A stretch of DNA of 52,568 nucleotides from an uncultured Bacilli bacterium (GCA_944331835.1 CALVIU010000058.1:1-52568); one strand, 5' to 3'; counted from the first letter of the stretch, positions 33,624 to 47,839 are shown. Program-made: numbers and translations. Notes: generated from the sequence alone by a model not told the origin.

Positions 33624-34628
33624 TCAACAAACGTTCGCACTTGATTCTGCATTTAAAGAATAATCTGTAAAATCACGTTTTAAATATAATGGATATGCTG
33701 CTGCTCCAATCATAGCAGCATTATCGGTACAATAAATAAATTCGGGAATTGTCAGTTTAGCATTATTTTTTTTGGCTACATTTTCTATTTCCTTGCGTAA
33801 ATATTTGTTAGCAGATACTCCTCCAGCAACAATGACATTTTTTATTCCCGTATTCTTTAATGCTAAATCTGTTTTTCTAGCTAGTTCATCAATGGCATTA
33901 GCTTGAAAACTGGCTGCTAAATCAGCACGTCTTATCTCATTACCTCTTTGTGTTTCATTATGAACCAGATTAATTATATAACTTTTTAAACCACTATAAC
34001 TGAAATTATAAGTGTTATCTAGCACTGGTTTTGGTAGATCATATGATGGAGTTCCTTCCAAGGCTAATTTTTCAATTCCTGGACCTCCAGGATATGGTAT
34101 ATCAAGTATTCTTGCTACTTTGTCATAGGCTTCACCGATGGCATCATCAAGTGTAGAACCTAACAGTTCAAAGTCATAATCATCTTTCATGATAACCAGT
34201 TCAGTATGTCCTCCACTTACAACTAAGGCAAGTAAAGGAAACTCTAATTTGTTATCAATGGCATTAGCATAGATATGGCCTATTAAATGATTTACTTTAA
34301 TTAAAGGTTTATGGTAAACGTAAGATAAAACTTTAGCAAACTCGATACCAACAAGTAAAGAACCTAATAGACCTGGTTTATAAGTTACAGCAATGGCATC
34401 GACATCACTAACTTGCATTTTAGCTTTATTTAATGTTTCTTCTAAAACCATAGTTATATTTTCTGTGTGCATGCGTGATGCTATTTCTGGAACAACTCCC
34501 CCAAATTCAGCATGAGTTTTCATTTGGGTAAGAATTGTAATCGCTACAACCTCATGACCATTTTTTACTATTGCAATACTCGTTTCATCACATGATGTTT
34601 CGATTGCTAAAATAAGTGTATCTTTCAT
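33624..34628 (-). CDS. tsaD: tRNA N6-adenosine threonylcarbamoyltransferase
   Basis: 334 aa. ILAIETSCDETS N-terminus, HxxxH metal site (NHLIGHIY), GGVSAN. Last gene of the tsaE-tsaB-rimI-tsaD cluster. Confidence 0.95.
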   Translation of the reverse strand: MKDTLILAIETSCDETSIAIVKNGHEVVAITILTQMKTHAEFGGVVPEIASRMHTENITMVLEETLNKAKMQVSDVDAIAVTYKPGLLGSLLVGIEFAKVLSYVYHKPLIKVNHLIGHIYANAIDNKLEFPLLALVVSGGHTELVIMKDDYDFELLGSTLDDAIGEAYDKVARILDIPYPGGPGIEKLALEGTPSYDLPKPVLDNTYNFSYSGLKSYIINLVHNETQRGNEIRRADLAASFQANAIDELARKTDLALKNTGIKNVIVAGGVSANKYLRKEIENVAKKNNAKLTIPEFIYCTDNAAMIGAAAYPLYLKRDFTDYSLNAESSANVC

Positions 34629-35057
34629 TTATTTATTCCCCCATTTCATAATATAAGCATCTTCATTTCCGTAATATTTATTACGTTTGCCTACAACTTT
34701 AAAACCAACCTTTTTATATAAAGTATAGGCAGGTATATTAGAACAAGATACTTCTAAAGTAATTGTTTTATCATCTTGGTAACAATAGTTATTAATAAGA
34801 TATTTTAGTAATTTAGTCCCAATATTTTTATTTCTCTTTTCTTCTGCAACAAAAATGCTTAATAAATCAATGTTATCCCCAAAATCTAGAGCATATAAGT
34901 AACCGTCGATATAATCAGGATTTTCACTAACTAATACTATGGCTAGTTCACTATCAATTTCGGTTTCAATATGAAAAGTTGATGCAAAATTTTCATGAAG
35001 AATACTTCCTAATGTGTTTATTTCATCAACATCTTTACTACTTGCTACTCTTATCAA
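34629..35057 (-). CDS. rimI: GNAT acetyltransferase, ribosomal-protein-alanine N-acetyltransferase-like
   Basis: 142 aa. GNAT motif A (RNKNIGTKLLKYLI). The conserved position between tsaB and tsaD supports the call. Confidence 0.78.
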   Translation of the reverse strand: MIRVASSKDVDEINTLGSILHENFASTFHIETEIDSELAIVLVSENPDYIDGYLYALDFGDNIDLLSIFVAEEKRNKNIGTKLLKYLINNYCYQDDKTITLEVSCSNIPAYTLYKKVGFKVVGKRNKYYGNEDAYIMKWGNK

Positions 35058-35598
35058 TTTCTACTCCAATTTTTTTAATGTATACAGGTTTTACTTGATG
35101 AGGATTAATACTCTTTCTATTTTTTAAGAATGCATATATTTTTTCAACATCGATGTTGTAGTTTAGATAATAATCATTGTTAATATTTAGTGTAGCAAAA
35201 TCTTGATCTTTTAAATAAGTGTAATCTTCAATTAAATTAAAAAATTCATCGAAATTACCCACGTAATAGCCATTAGAATCACTAAATGCCACTTTGTAAG
35301 TATTATTACTTATAGCCATGCATTCTAAAGCTGTAACGGTCTTTATTGGAATATTTAAGGTATATGCTAATGTCTTAGCAATAGTTACCCCTAAACGAAC
35401 ACCAGTAAATGATCCAGGACCATTTACAACAACTATTTCATCTAATTTAATACCATCGATAACTTTGACTATACTTGGAAAAATATATTCACTATTATTT
35501 TTTTTGTTGATAACTAATTCTTTATCAACAATTTTTCCATCTTTTAAAAGATATATAAGAATATCCCATAGATGAGTATCAATAAATAAAGTGTACAT
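35038..35598 (-). CDS. tsaB: tRNA threonylcarbamoyladenosine biosynthesis protein TsaB
   Basis: YeaZ-like (GPGSFTGVRLGVTIAKTLA). The ATG at 35598 overlaps the tsaE stop (TAATG). Confidence 0.85.
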   Translation of the reverse strand: MYTLFIDTHLWDILIYLLKDGKIVDKELVINKKNNSEYIFPSIVKVIDGIKLDEIVVVNGPGSFTGVRLGVTIAKTLAYTLNIPIKTVTALECMAISNNTYKVAFSDSNGYYVGNFDEFFNLIEDYTYLKDQDFATLNINNDYYLNYNIDVEKIYAFLKNRKSINPHQVKPVYIKKIGVEIDKSSK

Positions 35599-36050
35599 TA
35601 TAATACTGCACTGCAAAGTTCTTCATATTTTTCACCATATGGCATAAATACTAGAACTCTGGTATCTTCATCAATTACTTTAAACTTGATAACTAATCTT
35701 TCTTGAGGTAAGGAGTCTTTGATAATGTCTGCCCACTCGATGATAGTTATGCCACCTTTATTGAAATAATCTTTAAAACCTATACTTTCATCTGTTTCCT
35801 CTAAACGATAAACGTCCATATGATATAGTGGAAGTTCACCACTTTGATATTCTTTTATTATATTAAATGTTGGACTAGTAATAGTATCTTCAATGCCAAG
35901 AGCTGCCGCAAATCCTTTAGTGAATACTGTTTTACCACTTCCTAGTTCTCCTATAAGACAAATAACCATATTAGGAAATTTTTCACTTTCGATGTTTTGC
36001 GCTAATGTTAATGTGTCTTCAACTGAACGTGAAGTAAATTTATATTCCAT
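35598..36050 (-). CDS. tsaE: tRNA threonylcarbamoyladenosine biosynthesis ATPase TsaE
   Basis: 150 aa. Walker A GELGSGKT, SPTFNII, HMDVYRL. Confidence 0.9.
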   Translation of the reverse strand: MEYKFTSRSVEDTLTLAQNIESEKFPNMVICLIGELGSGKTVFTKGFAAALGIEDTITSPTFNIIKEYQSGELPLYHMDVYRLEETDESIGFKDYFNKGGITIIEWADIIKDSLPQERLVIKFKVIDEDTRVLVFMPYGEKYEELCSAVL

Positions 36051-36079
36051 AATTTAATCACCTGAATACATTATAAATT

Positions 36080-36110
36080 AAAAAAATCACTTATACAAGG
36101 TATTAGTGAT
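36080..36110 (-). terminator. Terminator of the rRNA operon
   Basis: Minus strand ATCACTAATA-ccttg-TATAAGTGAT (one mismatch) followed by T7, about 45 nt after the 5S rRNA. Confidence 0.6.
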
Positions 36111-36153
36111 TATTTGACAGTTTATTTTAAATTGTATTTTTAAGCAAAAAAAA

Positions 36154-36258
36154 ATAGGCAACTTCCTATCTTAGCATTACACTATTGTCGGCGTATTAGG
36201 TCTTAACTTCTCTGTTCGGGATGGGAAGAGGTGTATCACCTAAGCTATCGTCACCTAT
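36154..36258 (-). rRNA. rrf: 5S ribosomal RNA
   Basis: The minus strand contains CCCATCCCGAACAGAGAAGTTAAG. The terminal helix ATAGGTGAC/GTTGCCTAT defines the ends to within a few nt. Confidence 0.85.
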
Positions 36259-36321
36259 AAAGGATTTTGTCCTTTAAAAAACCTGATAATGCAATACACA
36301 TCAATTAGAAATATATAAATT

Positions 36322-39245
<2,924 letters not shown>

Positions 39246-39340
39246 ATGTAAATTAATAACTAACGTTATTTCACCAATATTCCTAATATGATGAGTTGAG
39301 ATCTTAATGTCATTAAAAATGACTACTCATTTGCATTATC

Positions 39341-39356
39341 TAGTTTTTCAAAGAAC
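39341..39356 (-). promoter_or_regulatory. boxA-like antitermination element in the 16S-23S spacer
   Basis: Minus strand GTTCTTTGAAAAACTA, resembling the TTCTTTGAAAACT element recalled from rrn leaders and spacers of low-GC Gram-positives. Confidence 0.5.
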
Positions 39357-39507
39357 AAAATCACTCGAACTAAAATGTTCAAATAATTTGAGAGAATAAT
39401 CTCTCAAAACTAAGTAAAAAGTCCGCAGCTTCTTAGTGAAACCTTTTCACAATTTAATGTGCTAGCCCCGAAGGTTTCATACGGTTGGTTTTCTATAAAA
39501 TTCTCCA

Positions 39508-41080
<1,573 letters not shown>

Positions 41081-41146
41081 AAAAGATTTATAAATTTAAA
41101 TCTAAATTTTAAGTTTAATCAAAGCTACTCAAAATTGACTTTTTTA

Positions 41147-41163
41147 CTCAGTTTTCAAAGATC
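41147..41163 (-). promoter_or_regulatory. boxA-like antitermination element in the rrn leader
   Basis: Minus strand GATCTTTGAAAACTGAG between the promoter and the 16S 5' end. Confidence 0.5.
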
Positions 41164-41193
41164 ATTCGCTACACTTTTCCGTGTTGCACTAGT

Positions 41194-41222
41194 AATATAT
41201 CAAACTAAAACGAACTTGTCAA
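41194..41222 (-). promoter_or_regulatory. Putative rrn sigma-A promoter
   Basis: Minus strand: TTGACA (41217-41222), 17 nt, TATATT (41194-41199), with an A/T-rich UP-like tract upstream. Confidence 0.5.
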
Positions 41223-41314
41223 CAAAAAATTTCATTTTTTTTGCATTTTTTTCAAATTTTTGCAAAAATTGACTATTTTTCGCTTAATTTCTATATATTT
41301 TATGCTATTTATTA

Positions 41315-41848
41315 TTAAATGATACCATAATTTTTTAATTCATTATATTTATTATGATATTTTTCTATAACATCTTTGTTAAATGGCCCAGCGTTATTTT
41401 TCTTCATTTCGATGAGCTTATTTAATTCTTTTTTTACTATTACATCAATTTCCGGTGGATAATTCATTATCTTTTTATGAAAATTATATTCATTATTATC
41501 TAATATTTTATATCCGCCGTCTGGAAACACACGCAAATCCAAATCATAATCGATATATTTTATAACATTTCCATCTATTGCATAAGGCGTTGCTATATTA
41601 CAATAATAGAATAATCCATATTTTTTTAATTGAGCTATTACATTAAACCAATTATGCTTATAAAAGAATATTATCGCGAGTTCCTTTGTTTTGTAACTTC
41701 TGCCATCGGTTTCGGTAACTGTAACCATATTATTACCACAAACTATATAATCATCAAAAATATCGAGTACTACCGCCTCTTCACTAGCTTGATATATTTT
41801 TCCGTTATGTTTATAACAATGTATTTTATACTTCTCTCCTATTTTCAT
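41315..41848 (-). CDS. ntdP: DUF402-family nucleoside tri/diphosphate phosphatase (Ntdp, YgaC-like)
   Basis: 177 aa. Collinear with B. subtilis YgaC as recalled (YKHNG.I.....E..V......V.GN....VTE.DGR......AI.FF....WFNVI....K.....YYCNIA.P......IKYIDYDLDL.V.PDG). Confidence 0.85.
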   Translation of the reverse strand: MKIGEKYKIHCYKHNGKIYQASEEAVVLDIFDDYIVCGNNMVTVTETDGRSYKTKELAIIFFYKHNWFNVIAQLKKYGLFYYCNIATPYAIDGNVIKYIDYDLDLRVFPDGGYKILDNNEYNFHKKIMNYPPEIDVIVKKELNKLIEMKKNNAGPFNKDVIEKYHNKYNELKNYGII

Positions 41849-41913
41849 CTAATTCATCTCTCTTAAAAAGAATTATACAATAAAAATCTCTAAATATCAA
41901 AAAAAGCACATTA

Positions 41914-43098
41914 TTATAATGCACTTATTACTTCTATTGCTTTTTGTAATTGGTTATCAATCCAATAACCTTCTTCATCATATGTTTCGGTTTTAGCTAC
42001 TTCATAATCTGGTTGTAAACCAACACCATTTATACAATCTCCATTAGGGCGCAACCATCTGGCAGAAGTGTATTTTGCCATAGATCCATCACTTAAATCA
42101 TACGTTTGTTGAACTAACCCTTTACCATAGCTAGTTAATCCTACAAATGTAACCCCATATCCATAGCTATCTTTAAGGGCTGCTGCTAGAATTTCTGCGG
42201 CTGACGCTGACTGATTATCTAGCAATACTACAATAGGGTATGTTGTATGAGCCTCTGTCTTATCATAATAATCTGCTTTAGTATCCTTGTTTTCCAAAGA
42301 GTAAATCAATTTCCCCTTTTCTAGGAATAAATTGGCAGTAGCTTCAGCACTTTCCAAATATCCTCCAGTATTTCCTCTTAAATCGATGATAAGTTTTTGC
42401 ATTCCTTGGCTTTCTAAATCAGATAATGCGGATTCTACTTGTGTTCCTAAAGTTTTAGAGAAAATATCCATTTTTAAATATCCTATATTGTTTTCTTTCA
42501 ATTCATAAGAAATTGCTTTTGTAAGAATATTGCCAATGCTAACATTAAAACTCATTTCTACGCCATTACGATATACTACTAAAGCAACAGTTTTTTTAGA
42601 ACTATTTTTTATCATACTAGAAATTTCTTCGCTAGTTTTATCGCTAACAGATGTTCCGTCGATACTAACTAAGATATCCCCCGCCAAAAGACCAGCTTTT
42701 TCTGCTGGAGAATTACTAGTAACTTCGGCTATTGTAGCTCCCTTAATAGCAATACCAATTCCTTGATAACTACCAGCTAGACGTTCTTCCAATTCTTTAG
42801 TTTGTTCACTATCTAAATAGGTAGTATATGAATCTCCTAAATATTCTAACATTGCATTAAGGGCTGTATCAATCATTTCAGTTGTGTCAACATCTTCATA
42901 ATAATTGTTAACAACTGATGAATAGACTTCCAAAAATTCATTTAAACTTTCATCATTCAACAATTCATTGTAAGTCAACCCGGTTGAGTTTTTATAACTA
43001 TTAGTAACTATAACCCCAGTAGTTATACCAGAAATTATGGAAGTAACGCAAATAATTATTATTACACTCAAAAGATTAAATCCCTTATTGCTTTTCAT
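41914..43098 (-). CDS. S41-family carboxy-terminal processing peptidase with a PDZ domain
   Basis: N-terminal TM anchor, PDZ domain (SPAEKAGLLAGDILVSIDG), catalytic region (DLRGNTGGYL, NQSASAAEILAAALKD, SYGKGLVQ). Confidence 0.9.
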   Translation of the reverse strand: MKSNKGFNLLSVIIIICVTSIISGITTGVIVTNSYKNSTGLTYNELLNDESLNEFLEVYSSVVNNYYEDVDTTEMIDTALNAMLEYLGDSYTTYLDSEQTKELEERLAGSYQGIGIAIKGATIAEVTSNSPAEKAGLLAGDILVSIDGTSVSDKTSEEISSMIKNSSKKTVALVVYRNGVEMSFNVSIGNILTKAISYELKENNIGYLKMDIFSKTLGTQVESALSDLESQGMQKLIIDLRGNTGGYLESAEATANLFLEKGKLIYSLENKDTKADYYDKTEAHTTYPIVVLLDNQSASAAEILAAALKDSYGYGVTFVGLTSYGKGLVQQTYDLSDGSMAKYTSARWLRPNGDCINGVGLQPDYEVAKTETYDEEGYWIDNQLQKAIEVISAL

Positions 43099-43155
43099 TG
43101 TATCACCTTCTTCATTTTATCACGCTTGAAAAAAAAAGAAAAGTTAGAAACTTCT

Positions 43156-43728
43156 CTATTCAGCAAATTCAGCTTTAAATGCGTCAAGCCCTTCAATATA
43201 TTCAGTAATTTCGCCATTTTCCACTTTGATTAATGTCAAATCACCTAAAGCAAGTTCTGATACACTTTGAGCATTTGGATTAGTTTCGCCATCTGGACCT
43301 ACATAATAAGCACTATTTAATCTATTACCTAAATCGCAAAAGAAAACTTTAGTAGCATCTTCATTTTGTAAATATTTAGTTATTATTGCTGAATATATAA
43401 CAGCATTAGTATCTTCTTCGTCGTAAATGGCAACATAGTATTCTGAATAATTACGATTTAACATTGTTCCGATACTAACTTTATCATAATCTATTTGGCC
43501 AGCTTGAACGGTTCTGCCGTTATCTTCTGTTGGTTCATCATCGATAAAAATCTTAGATACTCCATAAACAATTAATACAATTATTATTATACTAAATAAT
43601 ATTATAAGAAAGTTACGCATTTCTTTAGATTCTTCACTAATATATTTTGGTTCTTTGATTGTTTTTTTCTTACTATTAGTCTTTTTGTTAGCAAGTTTAT
43701 CATTTAATTTTACTTTATTTTTTGGCAT
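43156..43728 (-). CDS. Membrane-anchored extracytoplasmic protein, function unknown
   Basis: Start moved to the ATG at 43728 (MPKNKVKLND) behind AAGGAGGAAAG. Lys-rich N-terminus, a single TM helix and a globular domain of about 130 aa. Confidence 0.5.
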   Translation of the reverse strand: MPKNKVKLNDKLANKKTNSKKKTIKEPKYISEESKEMRNFLIILFSIIIIVLIVYGVSKIFIDDEPTEDNGRTVQAGQIDYDKVSIGTMLNRNYSEYYVAIYDEEDTNAVIYSAIITKYLQNEDATKVFFCDLGNRLNSAYYVGPDGETNPNAQSVSELALGDLTLIKVENGEITEYIEGLDAFKAEFAE

Positions 43729-43831
43729 ACTTTCCTCCTTATTTGATATTATATCTAAAACATACCAATATTTCAAGCTTATTGCAAAAAAACGCATTTA
43801 AAAACTCTCGCTAGGAGAGTTAATTTTATTA

Positions 43832-44941
43832 CTATTTTGTTGACATGACTGTTGTTGAATTTCCTAATGACTTGGCTACACTAATCATCTCATTAGTTGT
43901 TAAATCACTACTAACAAGATAGTAACTTATGTTATCGGCATGCCAACTTATAGAATTAGAGCTTAATGCTCCTAGGCTTTCATTTAACATAAGAGGGTCT
44001 CCAAATACTGGTATTACTTCAAATTCATTACTTATACTAGCTGTTTCTTCCACTATTACAAAGTTTTTATCACCACTAAACGTTAATATTACTCTTTCTC
44101 CGGTTTCAGTTGAAACTGTTTCTGAACTACTTAAATATGTATTTGAAGGAATATATAATGGATAAATTATACTATCTAAAGTAGCATTAGTTTGTTCTTC
44201 ACAATTTTCTCCTTTACAAGCATTAGTGTTGTTTTCTTCTTTACAAGTTTCATCTGTACATTCTTGATTATTTTCAGTATTATTATTTTCCTGTGTATTC
44301 GAATCGGTGTTAGTATCTTCTGTATCAATTAAATCATCTAAGACAAAATCATCTTCACTTAATTTAGCTTTTAAATCCACCGATTTAAAAGTAACTTTAA
44401 TTTTAACTACATCTTCACCGTTATAGACTTCAACTTTTGTTATATTCATATCTTTATCAAAATATATTTTTTGATATTCCAATTCCTCATTATTTGGATA
44501 GTTTACTGTACTTTTAATAATATAATTATTGTCAGTTGTTTCTAGCGACGCTTCTGGATCATTTTTTATGTCACTTACTAGATTTGCTAAAAGATACGCC
44601 TGCGATGAATTTTCTGGCCATACACTATCAAATTTAAAGCTTTTATTTAAGCTTGGGGTAACGACATATAATCCATCTTGATTTTTTAATATAATTTGTT
44701 CGTGATTGTTAGTTTGATTAACTAAAACTACTTTATAATAATCATCTTTTAAGAAGTAGGTATCGATACTATAAGTAAATATCTCTTCGCCACTACTTAT
44801 TTCCATAGTTCCATTTAGCTTGTATGATTTACTATTTTCAACACTTTTAGTAAAATCACTTACAACATCTTCAAGATTTTTTTCGCCGCAACCCGTTAAT
44901 AACAATAACATAACCGCAAATAAAGCAAAATACTTTTTCAT
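43832..44941 (-). CDS. Lipoprotein with a LolA-like/DUF4367-like architecture and an acidic Cys-containing low-complexity insert
   Basis: Start moved to the ATG at 44941 (MKKYFALFAVMLLLLTGC, lipobox LTGC) behind AAGGGGA. The insert reads TEDTNTDSNTQENNNTENNQECTDETCKEENNTNACKGENCEEQTN. Confidence 0.65.
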   Translation of the reverse strand: MKKYFALFAVMLLLLTGCGEKNLEDVVSDFTKSVENSKSYKLNGTMEISSGEEIFTYSIDTYFLKDDYYKVVLVNQTNNHEQIILKNQDGLYVVTPSLNKSFKFDSVWPENSSQAYLLANLVSDIKNDPEASLETTDNNYIIKSTVNYPNNEELEYQKIYFDKDMNITKVEVYNGEDVVKIKVTFKSVDLKAKLSEDDFVLDDLIDTEDTNTDSNTQENNNTENNQECTDETCKEENNTNACKGENCEEQTNATLDSIIYPLYIPSNTYLSSSETVSTETGERVILTFSGDKNFVIVEETASISNEFEVIPVFGDPLMLNESLGALSSNSISWHADNISYYLVSSDLTTNEMISVAKSLGNSTTVMSTK

Positions 44942-45043
44942 TACCAAATCCCCTTTTCTAATTAAATATATTTTTATTATTTTAAAATATACATGTATAA
45001 TATCTAAAAAATTTTCCACAATAGTAATAAAGGATGTGTGATA

Positions 45044-45247
45044 ATGGTAATTTTACAAAAAATAGCACTTATTTTTACAATAATTGGAGCTATAAATTGG
45101 GGATTAATTGGTTTATTCGATTTTAATTTAGTAGCTACATTATTTGGAAGTGTCGAAATAATCGAAAAAATTATTTATATTCTTGTTGGTATCTGCGGAC
45201 TTATCAACATTGGAATTTTATTTATGAATTTTGAAGACAGAGACTAG
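45044..45247 (+). CDS. DUF378-family small membrane protein
   Basis: The pattern IIGAINWGLIGLFDFNLVATLFG is characteristic of DUF378. ATG at 45044 downstream of AAGGA; the track uses GTG at 45038. Confidence 0.75.
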   Translation: MVILQKIALIFTIIGAINWGLIGLFDFNLVATLFGSVEIIEKIIYILVGICGLINIGILFMNFEDRD

Positions 45248-45254
45248 TCTGTTG

Positions 45255-45291
45255 AAAAAAACTCCATTGCCAATTAGCAATGGAGCTTTTT
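45255..45291. terminator. Bidirectional terminator between DUF378 and cdaR
   Basis: Perfect 9-bp stem CTCCATTGC-caatta-GCAATGGAG flanked by A7 and T5. Confidence 0.85.
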
Positions 45292-45292
45292 A

Positions 45293-46648
45293 TTAATCTT
45301 CAGTTATTCGTATTCGTACGGTTGTTGATACAACATAAGTTATCAACGGATTGTTATTTTCTATCTTAACTTCCACTTCATGATCACCAACACCAAAGCC
45401 ACTTAAATCAATGTAAGCATTTATCTCATCATCTTGAATTCCTTCGAGAACGGATGCAACACCTTTAACTTGAGCAGTTATTTCTTGGCCACCAAGAATA
45501 TTAACACTTAAATCATCAGCTAAGTTGATTTCATGAATATCGTTGCTTATATCGATCGTTGTTTGCTGTTCTTCACCGAAAGTTACGGTTATTTCGACAG
45601 TATCTACACTCATTTCACGAACACCATTTGGTTTTCTTATGTTAACATCATAAGTCCAAGTAGACTCATTACCGCGGCCGTCGACATTTATAGTAACTGG
45701 TACACTTTCAATATTGTCTATTTCAGCTTGATCACCATAAATAGTTATTGAATAATTCGTGTTGTTATTTATTAAAATCGAAGCTATAGATTTTCCAGTT
45801 ACTAAATTACCAGTCGTTTCAACTGAAATTGGAACTGTTCGCGAGTAGCTTTCGAGAACTACCGTTGCACTTATAGTTTCCGGAACTATTTCAATATTAT
45901 CTAGTCTATTACCATGTGAATCATACGCCGCAAGTTCAATGTTGTCAACATCGTAGGTTCCAGCTTCAGTAAAGTTTTGTTGTTCTAAGTCAATTAGAGC
46001 TTTGACTGAGGCAATTTCGGCTAATGCGTCACTGCCACCCTTGACAACTACTTCTGACTTGTCTAAACTTACTGATTCAACGCTAAGACGACTATCTAAA
46101 GCATCTATATTAAGCAAGTCATAAGATATAGACATAACTTGACTTTCTTTATTTTTTATTGTTACTTGAACATATTCTGGAGATAATTGATAACTTAAAC
46201 TATCTATTGATTTAGAATACGTAAAATACACTTTATATGGTGTATCACTCGGAGTATAATCAGATAAATCTAATATTACTTCATACTCTCCTAGTTGTTT
46301 TGCTAAATATATATCACTTTTACGTCCAGTAATTGTTATATCAACTGTTTCAGGAACCCCTTCAACTACATAGGCTTCTTCATTGTATTTAACTACTACT
46401 GGTACATTTGTTATTACTTCTGCTTCTGTCTCTACTAAAGATATAACTTTAGAATCGATGAGTAGGAATAAAACCACCGCAATTATCAATGACAAGTAAA
46501 TCAAAAAGTGTGGTCTATTTAATATTTTATCAAGTTTCCCTTGATTTTTTTTGAACTTCTTGGATAAATAGTAAACCGCTCTACTTATTGGAACAACTAT
46601 ACATTTATCGATGAAGTTATAGATTTTCTTGAAAAACTTAGTTATCAT
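45293..46648 (-). CDS. cdaR: CdaA regulatory protein CdaR (YbbR-domain repeats)
   Basis: 451 aa. N-terminal TM followed by repeated YbbR-like beta-rich modules. ATGA overlap with the cdaA stop. Confidence 0.85.
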   Translation of the reverse strand: MITKFFKKIYNFIDKCIVVPISRAVYYLSKKFKKNQGKLDKILNRPHFLIYLSLIIAVVLFLLIDSKVISLVETEAEVITNVPVVVKYNEEAYVVEGVPETVDITITGRKSDIYLAKQLGEYEVILDLSDYTPSDTPYKVYFTYSKSIDSLSYQLSPEYVQVTIKNKESQVMSISYDLLNIDALDSRLSVESVSLDKSEVVVKGGSDALAEIASVKALIDLEQQNFTEAGTYDVDNIELAAYDSHGNRLDNIEIVPETISATVVLESYSRTVPISVETTGNLVTGKSIASILINNNTNYSITIYGDQAEIDNIESVPVTINVDGRGNESTWTYDVNIRKPNGVREMSVDTVEITVTFGEEQQTTIDISNDIHEINLADDLSVNILGGQEITAQVKGVASVLEGIQDDEINAYIDLSGFGVGDHEVEVKIENNNPLITYVVSTTVRIRITED

Positions 46649-47457
46649 TCTTCTTCACCATCGCTTTCATCTGCTTCAAAGAAGACTTCCATCTTAGGTT
46701 TTAGTTCATCTATCAACATCATTCGGAATTGATCTGGTTCCAAATTATAATGTAAGTGACTATCAACTGCTATACTTAAACGACCTGTTTCTTCAGATAC
46801 AATTAAAGCAATAGCATCACTTTCCTCAGCTATACCTAAACCAGCTCTATGTCTAGTACCTAATCTTTTAGAAATATCGGGGTTCATACTGGTTTTAAAT
46901 ACAGCACCAGCACAGGTGATTCTGTCTCCTTGGATAATTACACCACCATCATGAAGTGGAGAATTAGGGAAGAAAATTGTTTCTAATAATGAATCACTTA
47001 AATCAGCATAAACTTTAGTAGCATTTCTGATATATTCTTCCAAAGATATTTCTCTTTCAATAACAATTAATGCTCCAATACGATTTTTTCGCAAGTATTC
47101 AACAGCTCGCATTATTTCATAAACAACTTTTTCACGTTCATCAACTGTAAGAATTTTATGACGACCTAAAAGTTGAGTTCTACCAAGCGATTCTAAAACA
47201 CTTCTTATTTCTGGTTGGAAAATTACAATTATTGCTAGCGGCCCCCATTGAATAGCATATTCTAAGATGACCCCAACTGTATATAAATTAAGCCAATCAC
47301 TTAAAAGCTTTACTATAAGAATTAAAATTACGCCTTTAACGATTAACACCATTTTAATGTTATTTTTTACATTTTTTAAAATATAGTAAAAGGCTATCCA
47401 CACAAAACATATATCTAGTATTTTAGTGAATATATCCCATACTAATGACAAATTCAT
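46645..47457 (-). CDS. cdaA: Diadenylate cyclase CdaA
   Basis: Three N-terminal TM helices plus a DAC domain (GALIVIE, LHDGGVII, GTRHRAGLGI, SEETG). Confidence 0.93.
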   Translation of the reverse strand: MNLSLVWDIFTKILDICFVWIAFYYILKNVKNNIKMVLIVKGVILILIVKLLSDWLNLYTVGVILEYAIQWGPLAIIVIFQPEIRSVLESLGRTQLLGRHKILTVDEREKVVYEIMRAVEYLRKNRIGALIVIEREISLEEYIRNATKVYADLSDSLLETIFFPNSPLHDGGVIIQGDRITCAGAVFKTSMNPDISKRLGTRHRAGLGIAEESDAIALIVSEETGRLSIAVDSHLHYNLEPDQFRMMLIDELKPKMEVFFEADESDGEEE

Positions 47458-47509
47458 TTAAACACCGTCCTTGAATAATACTGCTTATACATTATATCAA
47501 ATTTTCAAT

Positions 47510-47534
47510 AAAATAAAAAGTCCTAAAACGGACT
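47510..47534 (-). terminator. Rho-independent terminator ending the rnr-smpB-containing operon
   Basis: Minus strand AGTCC-gtttta-GGACT followed by TTTTTATTTT, 15 nt after the stop at 47549. Confidence 0.6.
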
Positions 47535-47548
47535 AATTATTACATAAG

Positions 47549-47827
47549 TTAATTTTTGTTTTGATTTTCACTGTTTAAATTAGGATTATTATTTTTGATT
47601 GTAACATTTTTGCTTAAAGCGTCGGATAGAGATACACTACTATCCATTGTTTTTAGTTTGTCAACATTTATCTTTTCAACTTTGTTTCTGTCACTTGCTA
47701 TCTTAAACGGAGAAGATTTATGACGGTGTTGTTCGACAAAATAACCTATTAAAGCAAATATCAATACAACTGTTATAATGATTAAAACGATGTGCCAATC
47801 AGCTAGGAAATCTAAAATTTCAGTCAT
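47549..47827 (-). CDS. Small single-pass membrane protein, function unknown
   Basis: 92 aa. One TM (WHIVLIIITVVLIFALIGYFV) and an Asn/Lys-rich tail. 12-nt gap to the upstream gene, with a GGAGGA RBS. Confidence 0.5.
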   Translation of the reverse strand: MTEILDFLADWHIVLIIITVVLIFALIGYFVEQHRHKSSPFKIASDRNKVEKINVDKLKTMDSSVSLSDALSKNVTIKNNNPNLNSENQNKN

Positions 47828-47839
47828 AAGTCCTCCTTG

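Noticed and set aside
33452-33652. 66-aa minus-strand ORF spanning the tsaD end and the tmRNA 5' half.
   Set aside because: It is explained by tmRNA. Its C-terminus (..NDETNNYSFAPAFA) is the tmRNA tag reading frame, not a conventional gene.
39246-39507. tRNA genes (Ile/Ala) in the 16S-23S spacer.
   Set aside because: The 262-nt spacer contains no cloverleaf-compatible sequence or GGTTCGA-type T-arm. Only a boxA-like element was recognised.
41269-41297. Near-consensus plus-strand promoter TTGACT-17 nt-TATATA upstream of the rrn promoter, pointing into the 3' end of ntdP.
   Set aside because: No plus-strand gene or recognisable RNA lies downstream, and such hexamers arise easily in this A/T-rich UP-element-like region. 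An antisense or insulating transcript cannot be excluded, but it is unsupported.
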